From Azolla caroliniana (taxonomy: Eukaryota > Plantae > Polypodiophyta): a DNA stretch of 64,000 bases. This document shows positions 48,576 through 61,500 of the stretch, piece by piece. The stretch covers positions 17,484,001-17,548,000 of the forward strand of contig JBHGNT010000007.1 of NCBI GenBank assembly GCA_043228905.1, given 5' to 3'. The notes beneath the pieces were generated by a model, which was not told where the DNA came from, did not search any database, and saw only the letters and a program-made list of their open reading frames with translations. The first letter of the stretch is position 1. Each line of letters begins with the position of its first letter. The position numbers and the translations under genes were made by a program.

Positions 48576-49380
48576 TGTTGATGCTACAGAGACTAAAGGG
48601 TATGAATCATTTGCAACAATGGCTGAAGTTAGTGTAGAAACTTTTGATGTCGCTACCTATTCTGAGGGCCCCATTTTGAGAGTAGATACAACAAGTAACA
48701 CAATTGGTCTAGTCATTCAAGTAGATGATGTCAAATATGGGAATATAATGGACGTATTCACATTATCCCATAGGAAAAACTAGAATAGGCCATATTTGTA
48801 ATTAGCATAAAGGGCAATTGCCCTAGTATATAACCAGTTTGTAACCTAGTTTGTAAGATGATACCACCATTTTTGTTGTAACTGCCATATATTGAATAAT
48901 ACAGATTATTTTGTGTGCCTCTCTCTCTCTCTCCCTCCTTTGTTGTTATTGATTCTTGTAGTTGGTCTTTGTTTGAGATTAAGTCTGTTCAATCTATCTT
49001 AATCTTTCACCTTGTTAGTCTAATGATATACATATTACTAGTGTTGCACCCTTACCTTGACGATCTCCTCTCCAACAATTGGTATCAAAGTGAGAGGTTC
49101 TTTCGTAGTTGGTTGTCACTTGTTCCCACCATCAACAGTTTTGTTTCGACTACTGAAGAGTTCAACTTGTTGAATATCTTGAATATTATCTACAAGGTTT
49201 CTATCCAATTGAGATCTTTTGTTCGACATCTACAAATATGATCTCGTGAAAGAAAGAAGAACTCAGCACGGTTTGTTCTCAATTTGGCTAGGCTATACTT
49301 CAAGTAAACCTGTTGGTTGTACCTATCAGTTTGGTCGTGGTCACTCTGAGGAGAACATCCGGCTCATCAAAGATGATTCT
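48576..49380 (+). mobile_element. Copia 5' LTR plus PBS and leader remnant
   Basis: TATATAA at ~48828, LTR end TCCAACA at 49077, PBS-like TGGTATCAAAG at 49080. The left boundary is uncertain. Confidence 0.55.
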
Positions 49381-50234
49381 TGTTGGGAAACATGTCCCTC
49401 CGGATGGGAAGAGAAGTACCGTGTTGGTGAGTATCTCGGCCGAGGCCAAAAATGAAATCGTTTCGGAAGACTATAATTGCAAATAGTCTAAAATGCCCCT
49501 TGTGGGTTATACTTGTAAATAGCCAGAAAGTTGCTTTTGTTTATAAGCAATTAGGGAAAACTTTAGTAGGCAGAGCCGATCATTATTGTAAAGTTAGAAC
49601 GAGGTAGTTGCCTCTGTAACCATGAGTGAGAGTGTAACTCTATACCCGTCTGTCAGACGAAGGAGAACTCGAGGTCGTTGCCTCTGATTTCTGTATTTAT
49701 ACTTCCTCTCTTCTATAGTGATTTGTTTACTTGGGGTTCGTGGACCCCCGTGGGTTTTCCCATTTCGGGTTTTCCACATAAAATATCTGTATCTTTCTGT
49801 CTTCACATTTTTTCTTCTGTGTACGAGTTCTTGGTTTCTGCACACCAATACGAACGTGCAACCGGTTGTGGTCGGTTGATTCCTAACAAAGTGGTATCAG
49901 AGCGATGGAAGACTCGTTTGGCAACATGTTTAAGCTAACCGGCCCCAACTACTCAGTGTGGAAGTCGAAGATGAGAGATATGCTCGTGTGCAAAGACCTT
50001 TGGCTGTTGGTGCAGTTCGGAGATAAAAGACCAGACAAGATCGATGCAACGACTTGGGAAGTGTTGCATCTGAAGGCGACCGCATATATAAGGTGTTTTA
50101 TAGACATGAGTCTATACAACAACTTCAGCGAAGAAACAGAAACAAACGTCCTATGGAAGAAGATCGGCGTCATGTTTGAAAACAAGAACGCCTTGAGCTG
50201 AGTCTCAGTAGTTCGAAAAATCGTGAGGCTCCAG

Positions 50235-51109
50235 TGTCGTGAAGATTTCCGACTACGGTGAGAAAACCGGGAGGGACAAATAAAATGGGGATGTGCAACA
50301 TTGCACATGCACTTGTAAATTTGTGTAATAAGAATAAGTAAACAAAATGTAACGGGAAGGGTAATAATCTAAGGTGTTAAAGGTGCACCACGAAGTTCGT
50401 GAGGCATAAATGTGATGTGCACTTTTTAGAGTAGAATGAGTAGTGAGCTCGTGTAAAAAGTAAGAGAGAGGAGAGGTAAAAAGTAGAGGGAAGATAGGCT
50501 AAGAATTTATAGAGATAGAATCATACATTATGTAAGAGAGAGTTAATGGGCTAGTGGATAGTCGCATTGACTTCTAGTTAGAGGTGCACAGTTCAAATCT
50601 AGTCTTATAGTGTAGCGTGATTTAAGGAATTTTATTCCTTTTTTTGCATTAAAGACAAAATTGGCGACCCCCCTTCCTTTTTTCCTATAAAAGGAGGTCG
50701 AGGGGGGCTCATTTGGGTTGCCTATTTTGAGTGAGAGAGGCATACCACTTAGGTCGAGGGTTTCCTATTCGGTTTTAGGGTTTTGGTTAGGGTTTCTTCT
50801 AGGGTTTTCTTCTTGGGTTTCCTTTGGGGTTTTACTATACTTCTCTACTTGCTTATCCGGTTAGGGTTTTCTTGTAGTCATTGGGTGCGGCCTATGCGGC
50901 CATGGTTGTAATGCGTGTGGTGTTCTTCTTAATACAAACCATTTGTGTATCTTGCCTCCATCATATTCTCGTTCAATGTTAATGTTTTATTCCTTCTCCT
51001 CTTGAGCTAAGCTTCCATTTCTTGTAAGCTCTTTCTCTTCTACTCCCTAGTCCAAGACCCCTGTGGTCCTGCCTCAGATCCTACACACGCTCGCGGAATA
51101 ATCGCGACA
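50235..51109 (+). mobile_element. Solo LTR nested in Copia gag
   Basis: TGTCGTG...CGCGACA with TSD CCAG. Removal restores VRLQYQDGSGMAKHINAF. TATAAAA at ~50686. Confidence 0.88.
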
Positions 51110-51255
51110 CCAGTATCAGGATGGCTCCGGTATGGCGAAGCACATCAATGCCTTCCAAGGATTGATGAACCAAACCACCTCTCTAGAAGTACCTCTGGCT
51201 GACGAGGTATTAGCATTGTTGTTGTTGGGTTCCCTTTCGGACAGTTGGGAAATGT

Positions 51256-52023
51256 TGTCGTAGTGTAATTCACACACTATGTGAAAAATTGCATTTTTTC
51301 TCTCTCCGAATAGGACATGGAGTACCCGGTGAGAACTAGATGAAGAAGGCCGGTGAGAGTCTCTCACAGGATGAAGAGACATATTTGTAAATAGAAGAAA
51401 GTATAAAAATATATATTACATGCATAGGGCAAGATTCAAACCTTGCACCTCCATATTTATAATGTAAAGCCTTACTATTACACTAACATATCATTAGTGT
51501 TAAAAAAGTAAACATTCCACATAGAAAGGTAAGTTCACGCTAGGATAAACTTTAGTTAGAAGAAAACGCATGATAAAAGAAAAAGCTACGCATGCACATG
51601 TAGCATGCATGAACACCATAGTCGATAAAAATGCATCAAGTTAGAAAAAGTAGGATCACTTTAGAAAAAGCATAGAGTCTATCTATAGAAAAAGCATGGA
51701 TTGTTAAGACTCTCTCATCACTATATAAGGATGAGGAGCACAATGTAATAAGTGTGTGAAAAACTTGGAAATTGGATATATTTCCTAAAACACCAATTAA
51801 TATAATATATTCGTGGGATTCATGAATTTGTTATCAAAATTGTCTCTTACTATCTAAATATTGATTAAATACACTAAACTCGTGGGATTCACAAGATTCA
51901 TAACTTACCTATCTTTCTACCTATTCATTACTAACCTTATCTCATATTCTTCTTTATCCTAGTCCAAAACCCCAGTGGTTCCCACCCGACTCACGCAACG
52001 ATCCGGTGCCGAAAGGCACGACA
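51256..52023 (+). mobile_element. Solo LTR nested in Copia gag
   Basis: TGTCGTA...CACGACA with TSD ATGT/ATGC. Removal restores DSWEMLVVTLGN. TATATAA at ~51722. Confidence 0.85.
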
Positions 52024-54317
52024 ATGCTAGTTGTCACGTTGGGCAACGCGGGACCGGAAGGGAAACACCTATCCCTAGAGCAGGTGAAATCGAGCTTGCT
52101 AAACAAAGAAGATCGTCGGAAGGATCGAGACTCCAATGCTGACTAGAAGGCCTTAGCCACAGAAGGTGACATGATTCGGGGAAGAAGCCGAAATCAATGT
52201 TCCTAGAACCGAGATAAGTCGGGGACCAGGTTGAAGTCGAGGGGGAGACCCACGTGCTTCTATTGTGGGAAACCGGGGCACTTCCAGAAAAACTGCTAAC
52301 ACTTTTGAAAGGAGAAAGGGGGTGCTGATCATGAAGAGCTGAAGAAAATCCCGGATAGAAAGAACACCTCAGTAATCGCCGCGAGTGAGGAGGAGTTGTT
52401 GCTCATCAGTGAGCAAAACGAAGTCAATCTCGCCGGCGAAGAATCAACATGGGTGGTCGATTCGGGTGCGTCATTCCACCTAACCCCTGACCAAAAGTGC
52501 TTCTCATCCTACAGAGCCGGAGATCTCGGATCCGTAAAGATGGGAATGAAGGAGCATGCCGAATTGTCGACATTGGAGATGTGTGTTTGGAAACCTCAAC
52601 CAGGTGCAGACTCGTGTTGAGAGATGTACGACATGTTCCAGAGGTTTGATTGAACCTAATATCAGCCGCTCGGATAGATGATGAGGGCTAACACAAGTAG
52701 CATCCGGAACGGTGTCATGAAGTTCTGTCGAGGAAGCTTGATTGTGGCTTGAGCTCGGAAGACCAACACACTATACACAATGAATGCTCGAATATGCCAA
52801 GGAGAAGCAGACGTGGCAGCCGATACGGTCGGTGAACTGTGGGACAGGAGGTTGTGCCATATGAGCCAAAAGGGGATGTGAAAGCTTGCCGAGGACAACC
52901 TCATTCCAAAGGTGAAGAACGTACAACTTGAGAAGTGCACTAATTGCTTGGCCGGCAAGTAGAATCGAACATCCTTCTGAACGTGGCCCCCGATGAGGAA
53001 GAAAATGTCATTTGAGCTCGTGCATACGGACGTATGCTATGTTGACACGAAGTCACATGGTGGTTCACAGTATTTTGTGACCTTCATTGATGATTGTAGT
53101 CGGAAGTTATGGATTTCTGTGCTGAAGACGAAGGATAAAGTGTTATCCGTCTTCAAAGAGTTCCATGCGAGGGCCGAGAAGGAAACCAAACGAAAATTGA
53201 AGGCAGTCCAAGCAGACAATGCCGGAGAGCAATGTGCACCGTTCGAGGAATACTGCCCAAATCAAGGAATCTGGCTCAAGTATACCGTGCCGAAGACGCC
53301 AGAGCTAAATGGGTTGGCGGAGAGAATGAATTGGACCATAATGGAAAGGGTCCGAAGTATGCTTGCACATGCTAAGTTACCGAAGACGTTCTGGGCTGAG
53401 GCGTTGATGACGACAACGTACGTAATAAACCGATCACCCTCAGTACCCTTGGACGGTGATATTACACAAAGGGTGTGGAGTGGCAAAGACGTATCGTACC
53501 GACATTTGAGGGTGTTCAGTTGTCTTGCTTATGTGCATGTGGCAAAGGATGAGAGGGGAAAGTTGGACCCCAAATCTCAGCCATGAATATTTCTCGGCTA
53601 CAGTAATGATGAATTTGGCTATCGACTATGGGACTTAGCCGAGAAGAAAGTGATTAGGAGCTATGACATTGTCTTCACGGAGGAAAAGACAATAGTCGAC
53701 TAGGAAATTGAGAATAAGTCTCCAACTACCGAATCGAACCGAGTCAATGCTCGGCCGAATCGAGTAGAAGCCGATTCGATCGATTTAATATTCGGCAAAA
53801 TTGAGAACTGACTAAAGAACGAGGGAAAATGGCCGAACAAGGAACCAAATTTGACTCGGCCGAAGAAGTCGAAGAAGAACCGACCGTGCCGAATGGAGGC
53901 CGAAGATACCCCCTTATAGAAAGGAGGGCCCCCCGAAGATTTCCGGATGAAGGGCGTGTCCTGCTAACCGATGAGGGGGATCCGGAAAGCTTTGAAGAAG
54001 CTAAGGAAGATACCCACAACCGAAAGTGGTTGAGTGCCATGCAAAAGGAGATGGATTCCTTGCATGAGAACCACACATATGAACTGACCGAACTGCCAAG
54101 AGGAAAGAGGGCACTTCGGACTAAATGAGTATACAAGTTGAAACCGGGAGATGGGGGGAATCCACCCAGGTACAAAGCACGAATCGTCGTGAAAGGTTTT
54201 CAGCAGAAGAAGGGTGTCGATTTCGACGAAATATTTGCCCCAGTCGTAAAGATGACGTCAATCAGAACCTTGTTGAGCATCGCGGCCAACATGGATGTCG
54301 AAGTCGAGCAATTGGAG

Positions 54318-57300
54318 TACATATATTGTTCCATGATGCCCAACTCATACCTAGTCTTGATTCTTTCTTCCACAATGTATACTTAAGTGAACGAGCTAAT
54401 TGATCAAGTGATTTCTTTGTCCAAGGTAATAATGGCAAAAAATAAGAAATCATTGGAATCATTATAGCTTGTACCACTTTGAGACGAGTACTAAACGGCC
54501 ATGCTTGAGACTTCCAATACATAAATTTGTCTAAAATGGTCCCCGATATCCAATTCAAACTTTGAGACGTTGAGGTATCAACACCAATAAGGTAACCTAA
54601 GTGCCGACACACATTGCCTTGATCCAATATTTGGCCACACCATCCAAGATCAACCAAATCACTTTCAGTGCATCTAATGAGCATTGACTTTCGCATATTT
54701 ATATTGAATCCTAACGCCAATGCAAACACATTCCACACCTCCATGGCTTTTGTTGTATTATCAGGTATCACTTTGAGAAATAAGAATGAATCATCGGCCA
54801 ATGCCTGAGCTATCAATTGTTTTCCTAATGGCAGAGCTAGTCCAACTATTTCCCCACATGTTGCCAACTCATGTATCTTCACCAAAATCGGGTGTGTCGT
54901 AATTGCAAATAACAATGGACTCAATGGGCATCCTTGTCGAAGTGAGCTTGCCAATGGTATTGCCTTAGTCACTCCACCATTTAACATAATGTGTGACACT
55001 GCACCCAATCCCACCAACAAGGGGATGCGGGACACCCTTAAAGAGTTGAGTAATAAAAGACCAACTTACATGATCATATGCCTTCTTGATATCTAGTTGT
55101 ATCATTACCATTTGTTGTTTGGATTCTTTTGCATAATCCACTGCCATTTGCCATTTGCCCCTAAACCTTCTGAAGTCTATTTGCAATTACTTTGGCAAAA
55201 ATCTTATACAAACCACCCATTAATGATATCGGTCTCCATTGAGCAAAAGACATAGGAGATGCAACTTTTGGTATAAGCTTAACTAGACCTATGTTCCATG
55301 AATCAGGCATTTTACTAGAACTCCACACTTCTTGGCATAACATTGTTAGAGGTCCTTTGAGTTGTTGTACAAATGCTTTAAAAAACTCATTTGTAATGTC
55401 ATCCCAACCTGGACTTTTATCAACTAAGAGATGTGACAATACACATTCAACCTCCTCCTCTTGTATATCCTCCTCCAAGGCCAACATGACATGTTGCCCA
55501 CCAATCGTTGTAACTGAGTTCAAGAACATTGATCTCGCTTGTGTTATGTCATCATTTAGATTACTTTCTTGCCCAAAAATATTCTTGAAATTCTTAACAC
55601 ACTCATCAATAATCACTTGTGGGTTTGTATTTAAAGTTCCATCAATCTCTACGCATCCCACATTCATCCTAGCATGAGATGCATGCAACCCATGGAAAAA
55701 CTTATGTGAATGACCGTTGTGATCATGTACTTCATTTTTCATAGCCATCACCCGTGATTGTTGATAAGTACAAACCTCTAACACTTGTAAAGCGTGTGAC
55801 AATGCCTCTTGAATATCCAACAACACATCATCAAATGTACATTTCACCAACAATGCATTACATATGTCTAGAAATTGTTGGATTGAACTCATCTTTTGTT
55901 TACGGATGGATGCTTGATGAATTCCATAATATCGTGTAAAGCGTTGAATATTAAAGAGGCAAACATCCCATGATGAAAGACCATGAACATTGACTTGTCT
56001 AGTAAATTCTCCCACCAATTGTCTCATAGCATGTTTAAAGTTATTATGTCCAAGAAAAGATGAAGCAAACCGCAATGGTTGTTTTCCCAATAATGATCTA
56101 AAATCATCCATACTTTGATGTGTGCATTCCAACACAACCGGGAAGTGATCTAATAATCCAATCACCCTATACACTTACATAGTCATAAGCGATGGCAAGA
56201 ATGTCTCATCATGCATAATGTAAATTCAATCCAATCTACTCCAAGTTTATCTATATTGTGCAGATTGAAATGTATAACCAACATCATGTCCATTGATCCA
56301 AGTCCATGCATCATACCTTATGACCTCCATCATAAAACAAATCCCAAACCTCTCGTTCAGGAGCATCCATGAGGCTATGCATCGAAGTAGATTGGCCCAC
56401 CTTTGAACACATATTAAAATCACCTAACAAAAAACCTACTCTTCCATGACGTAAAACTTGATGTAAACCTCTCCAAAGATTGATACGTTGCCCTGCAACA
56501 TTTGGTGCATAAATACCTACCACCCAAATTTTATTCCCTTCATAATTAACTTCAACCACCAAAAACCGACCATTATCATCTCTTTGAGCCACTATTGGTT
56601 TCAAGATGTCCCTTACAATAAGCATTACGCCTGAATACAACCCTCCAATGACTCCGGCATAAAACACATGATATTGCTTATACGGAAGAGAAGACCCAGA
56701 CTTAGCATGCTCCTTATGACATAATACATCCCATTGACTAATAAAAATAGTTTTCCACATACCATATCGCTTAGATGAAGAACAAATTCCCCTTACATTC
56801 CATGTGACTATTTTCATCAATCACTAATTAGGATGTTTGTTGGCATGTTCACGTTCTCGTTGTGCCAATATCTTGGGCATATCCCCGAAATAATCACTTA
56901 AGACTGCAAATGCATTTTGCACAGATGGTTTATGTCTATCGGTGGATATCATTGTACCCTGTGAACTATTTCTTTTCCAATTTTGTTTCTCTAATGGTAA
57001 ATTGATTTTACTATTCTTATCAATCCTAAGGTTGAAAGGTTTTGTCCCTTGATTAGAATGTTGGTACAGTGAACCTTGCCACGGTTTTGACCTTCTTTTG
57101 AATTGATCATAATTAGGTGCATAAGACACCCCCATAGGATCTTTCGAGGAACTACCCCTCTCTTGGTCATGATGTTCATGAACTTTCTCTTTTTGGTACC
57201 TTGGATGATTCACCTTAGAGACCACCTTAATCCACGACCCATCATCATCTATTAAGTCTTGTCTTCTTTCTTCAATATATTTGTCTTTATGTTCCAAAAT

Positions 57301-58421
57301 AGCGACACATTTACCTTTGTCAGCATTTGCTTCCTTAGTTTTCGGCACCTCATTATCATTTGTGACATACTTAACACATCACCATGGGAAGTATTAGGCA
57401 TCTCTACAACCGGTGTTTGTTGACATTCTGCCATGAAATGGCCCAAACCACCACATCAGAAGCAATGACTGGCAAATGATCCCCAATGCAATTGGCAACA
57501 GAATGACCTCATCTCCTCAATCTTTATGTTTAGCCACAAAGGCCTTTTTTTGTTGTATTCCATAGCATACATAACTTATATATATTATATGCTTTGTCAT
57601 TTGGGGCTATTATCACCTTTCCCAATTGTTCCATTACACCTTGAATTATAGGCCACAAAAAAGAAAATTTACACTATACTTCCACCCATATTGGACACTC
57701 TTGTTTTAAAATTTCTTGAAATTCAGCTAGGTTCGAAACACAACCTCAAAAAAACCTCGTGGACCTTTGTACACATCTTCCACGTTGTTCTTACCTACCA
57801 TTGTATTTAACCATTGCGCCACCCAATGTATGAAAGGATTTTTTCCCATAAAGGAGCAAATAATGCCTCTCTCATGAAACATTGAAAGCGTCTTTAAAAT
57901 TTCCCTACGCGGCATCTCCACCTCTACGATCTCATCCCCTTCAATGTTGGCCACCATCTCTATATCATCCGGTAAAATCTCATGGAGTGCTTCATTAGCA
58001 ACTACATGCATAGCTTCCCAGTAATGATCATTCCTCTTCTCCTCACCTTCTCCCATAACATGTGCATAGGATGGTTTTCATATCATATCTATATCCTCCT
58101 CATGCATATTATTAGTTCCAATCTTTTGTTTCTTCACAAGAACATCATCTTCTCCTTCTTCTCGTTGGCTCTCTATTTGTCTTGCATTTATACATGATCC
58201 ATCTCTTCCATAGATTCTGTGTTCCGATTATAACGAAAAGGAAAATAATAAGATGATAATTAACCTAGAATCAACAATATGACATCCGAACTGTTTGTAG
58301 AAGAAAAATGTTGCAACACTCTCCCATGATGTAGCCACGCCTCCTCCTCCTCCTCCTCTTCCTCTTCTTACAGGGCATCTCTGTCACTCTATCTCTCCCT
58401 CTGTCTCTCTCCTTCTTCTCC

Positions 58422-58459
<38 letters not shown>

Positions 58460-58520
58460 TCTCTTCTCTTCTCTTCTCTTCCTCCTCTGTTCTTCTCTCT
58501 CTTTCTTGTTACCGGCCGGC
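54318..58520 (-). mobile_element. L1-clade LINE, degenerate and 3'-truncated
   Basis: ORF1 remnants with a CCHC knuckle (CF.CGGLGHFMAEC). ORF2 KIVTWNVRG, GIYAPN, GDFN, KSPGWDDIT, WRPISL, LDIKKAYD, LRQGCPLSPLLF, LADD. (GA)n-rich 5' region. Confidence 0.9.
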
Positions 58521-58571
58521 AAAGGAGTCCAGAGTGTGAAACAGAGGAGTTATTTAATTATTAGGAATGGT

Positions 58572-61500
58572 TGTAAGTAAGCTATGAGTGTGGACGGACG
58601 GACCGGAATCAGTATGTCGTTCCGGATCCGGACCGATCCCGAACAGGTGCGGATGGCACCGTTTTGTACTACAGACCGGAAACCTATTTAAAGGCCCGGT
58701 TACAATGTAATGAGCAGCGGATAATTAATAAAGATTAGTGTTTTTATATCTCTGTGTTAATTGTCGTTCTGCATTCATTGTTATATCTTACATGTGTGAT
58801 TGTTAAGGACGATCTTGCTAAGTAACCTAATTAAGTCAGATTAATCGTTGATCTTAATCCTCTTGCCGTAACACCCCTTTGGTGAAGTGTCTTCCGTAGA
58901 CACCCTGTGTTAGGCCATTGTCCGGCCCTAAGAGTTAACATTGTTTTTGGCGACCACGATTCCTATTTTTGCAGCGAACGACGACACGGATGGATGACTA
59001 GATCAACGCACGACCTGGTTACAGATCGAACTCGACGCCTTGCCGAAAGGCAAAGGAGACGTGAGGCTTTCCAGCAAGCGGCACAGGAAATTAGAGCGGA
59101 TCGCTCGTTTTCTAACGTAAACTGGAGAGTAGCGGAGGAGTCCCTCTGGTTACAGCAAACATCGCACCCGAACGACGGCAGCAGTCTAAGTAGCCTCCAA
59201 GAAACCGAATCCCTTCTCCTGGCGTTGGCAAGTGGAGAAGGCGAAGCAAAAGCCTTTTCAGCGTATGAATCGGATTCCGAAGGGGAATACAACGTGCACA
59301 CGAACTACCGTAGCAGCAACGAAACCCCGGGCGGACAGGAGGACTAAGGATTGGACACCTTACCGACACCGGAACCGGAAGTGCTAAGGCTGGAACCTCC
59401 GGAACCAGCAGAGGAAGAGCAACCTCTGACACCGGAAGTCGAGGAGGAGAGGTCTCCGTCACCAAAAGAAGAGGAAAGACCACCGACGCCGGAAACAAAT
59501 CAGGAAAGACCACCGACGCCGAAGAAAAACTAGGAACGACCACCAACACCACCAGCCCGCGCACCGATACCGGACGACGACATGTTGTTCTAGTACTCCA
59601 AGTATAGAGATGATCTGGACGCGGAAGCCCATGTTCACGCCTTTGAACAGACATGGGAAGCAAACCATGTGTCCCAACGATTGACCCCAGAAGAAGAGGA
59701 ACGCTCCAAGATAGCAGAATTTGGCATCACATTCGAGGGACCGGCAGCGAGATGACGGCGGACGTAGGACCCGTCTACCATAACCACCTTCATAGATTTA
59801 AAAGCTAAATTCTTGCATTTTTTCCAAAAGGAGGTGGACCAGACAGTAATGGTGGGCTTATTTTATACCATCCGACAGGAGGTAGGGGAGAGCATTCCCC
59901 AGTTTGTCATCCGGTTTCAACAGATGCATAGTCAGCTTGCCCGCGCACCCCCGGAGGAGGAATTACGGACTATATTCCTAAATGCGCTCCGGGAACCCCT
60001 ACGCACGGTTTGCACGGTAATTGACTTCCGCACAAGTACCATCGACCAGGTCATTGACCGGGTGAGAGAGATGGAAAAGACAAGCTCCTGGCTCACACTG
60101 GGAGCCCTCCAACGGGCGTTATCGTCCGATGAAGACCTCTGGTTTCGGCAAGCAATACAGACTGTGCACAACCTGCTTGAATTCTGGACACTCGGCACTA
60201 GAATGCACTATGAGGATGCAATGTGTAATCTGTCAATCCAAGGGCCATACGACGGATAGGTGCAAGTATAATCTATTGAACTGGCAAGCACCGCCCGTCC
60301 GACAAATAGAGCCACGCAGCAGCCGGGATGAAGAGGAGGAACGCTGGCGGCGAATGGACCGCGACCGACCGGCACAGGATGTCCGGTATGGCGATCGACG
60401 GGAGAATGAGGTCTAGTACGGTGATCAGCGAGATAACTATGACCGGTACGATAGATATGATCGGTACCGGGATTACAATAGACGATACGAACATTACGAC
60501 CGGGAGCACTCCCCCGGGTATCGTCAGCAACGGGAGGAATACGACAGATTTAACGACCAACCTCATCAAGAGTACCGCAATAAGAAGAACTATAACAAAA
60601 AACAGCATTTCAAAAAAGGCGGCTACCCACGGGATTCGGAATAAGGAGCTTCAAGTAGCCAACCGGCCCAAAACCCCGCGCTTACCACGGGACCTGCCTC
60701 GGGTACAACAGACAATGCTGAATCCAGCAATACCCGGAAAGCCTACTGCTACTACTGCCGACAAGAAGGCCATTATAGTAATCAATGCCCGGCGAAGAGC
60801 TATGACAAACGACCGGTAGTAAATATGGTAGTCCCTGAAGTGGCAGATCTGCAGCAGGTGACCACAAGGTCGAAGGGCATGGCGAAGGAATGGGAGACGT
60901 AGGAGACCATCTAGAAGCAAGCGACAGAATGGGTGAAGAAAGCAAATGAGCAAAATGTCACAGACTTACAGCGGCAAAAAGAGAACACCATAGGGCTTGC
61001 CGGCGGCAGTCACTCCGACAACGAGACATGGCAGGCGTTGCAAGAATGCCAGATTACGCTGCCACTAGGAAGACTCCTACAGCTCGTGCCGAGATTCACG
61101 GAAGGACTGAAGACGGCCATGACGGCAGGAGAATCATCACCGGCACCGGTACTCTTCTCGAATCCGGAGGAGGGACCAACGGTGGTGGACACCAATAGTC
61201 CGGTAATCACTGCCATTGTAAAAGGGAAAGAACTCCCCGGCACAGTTATAGACGGAGGCTCCGGTGTGAATGTAATAAGCCTCCGGACGTGTGATGCCCT
61301 GGGAATCCACGAGTGGGAGCCGTGTCCGTTCTGGTTACGGATGGCCGATACAAGCTCTGTGCGGCCGACAGGATTAATACGAAAATTAGAAGTCACCATT
61401 GGCGGTCATACATTTCACATCTCGATAGTAGTGCTACAATTACAGGCACAAGGCACATACCCGCTATTGCTGGGGCGGCCGTGGTTGAAAACAGCACATA

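Larger units (their letters stand above)
49381..54317 (+). mobile_element. Copia (Tnt1/Tork-like) element, degenerate and 3'-truncated, with two nested solo LTRs
   Basis: LTR 49381-49888 (TGTTGG...CTAACA) and PBS TGGTATCAGAGC 49892-49903. gag NYSVWKSKMRDML, WVVDSGASFH, VHTDVC, TPELNGLAERMN, YKARIVVKGF, IFAPVVKMTSIR. Confidence 0.92.

Noticed and set aside
58948-58960. Array tRNA as the primer for the Gypsy element
   Set aside because: The array tRNA would need PBS TGGCGATCCTA. The observed PBS is TGGCGACCAC, a different Arg isoacceptor.
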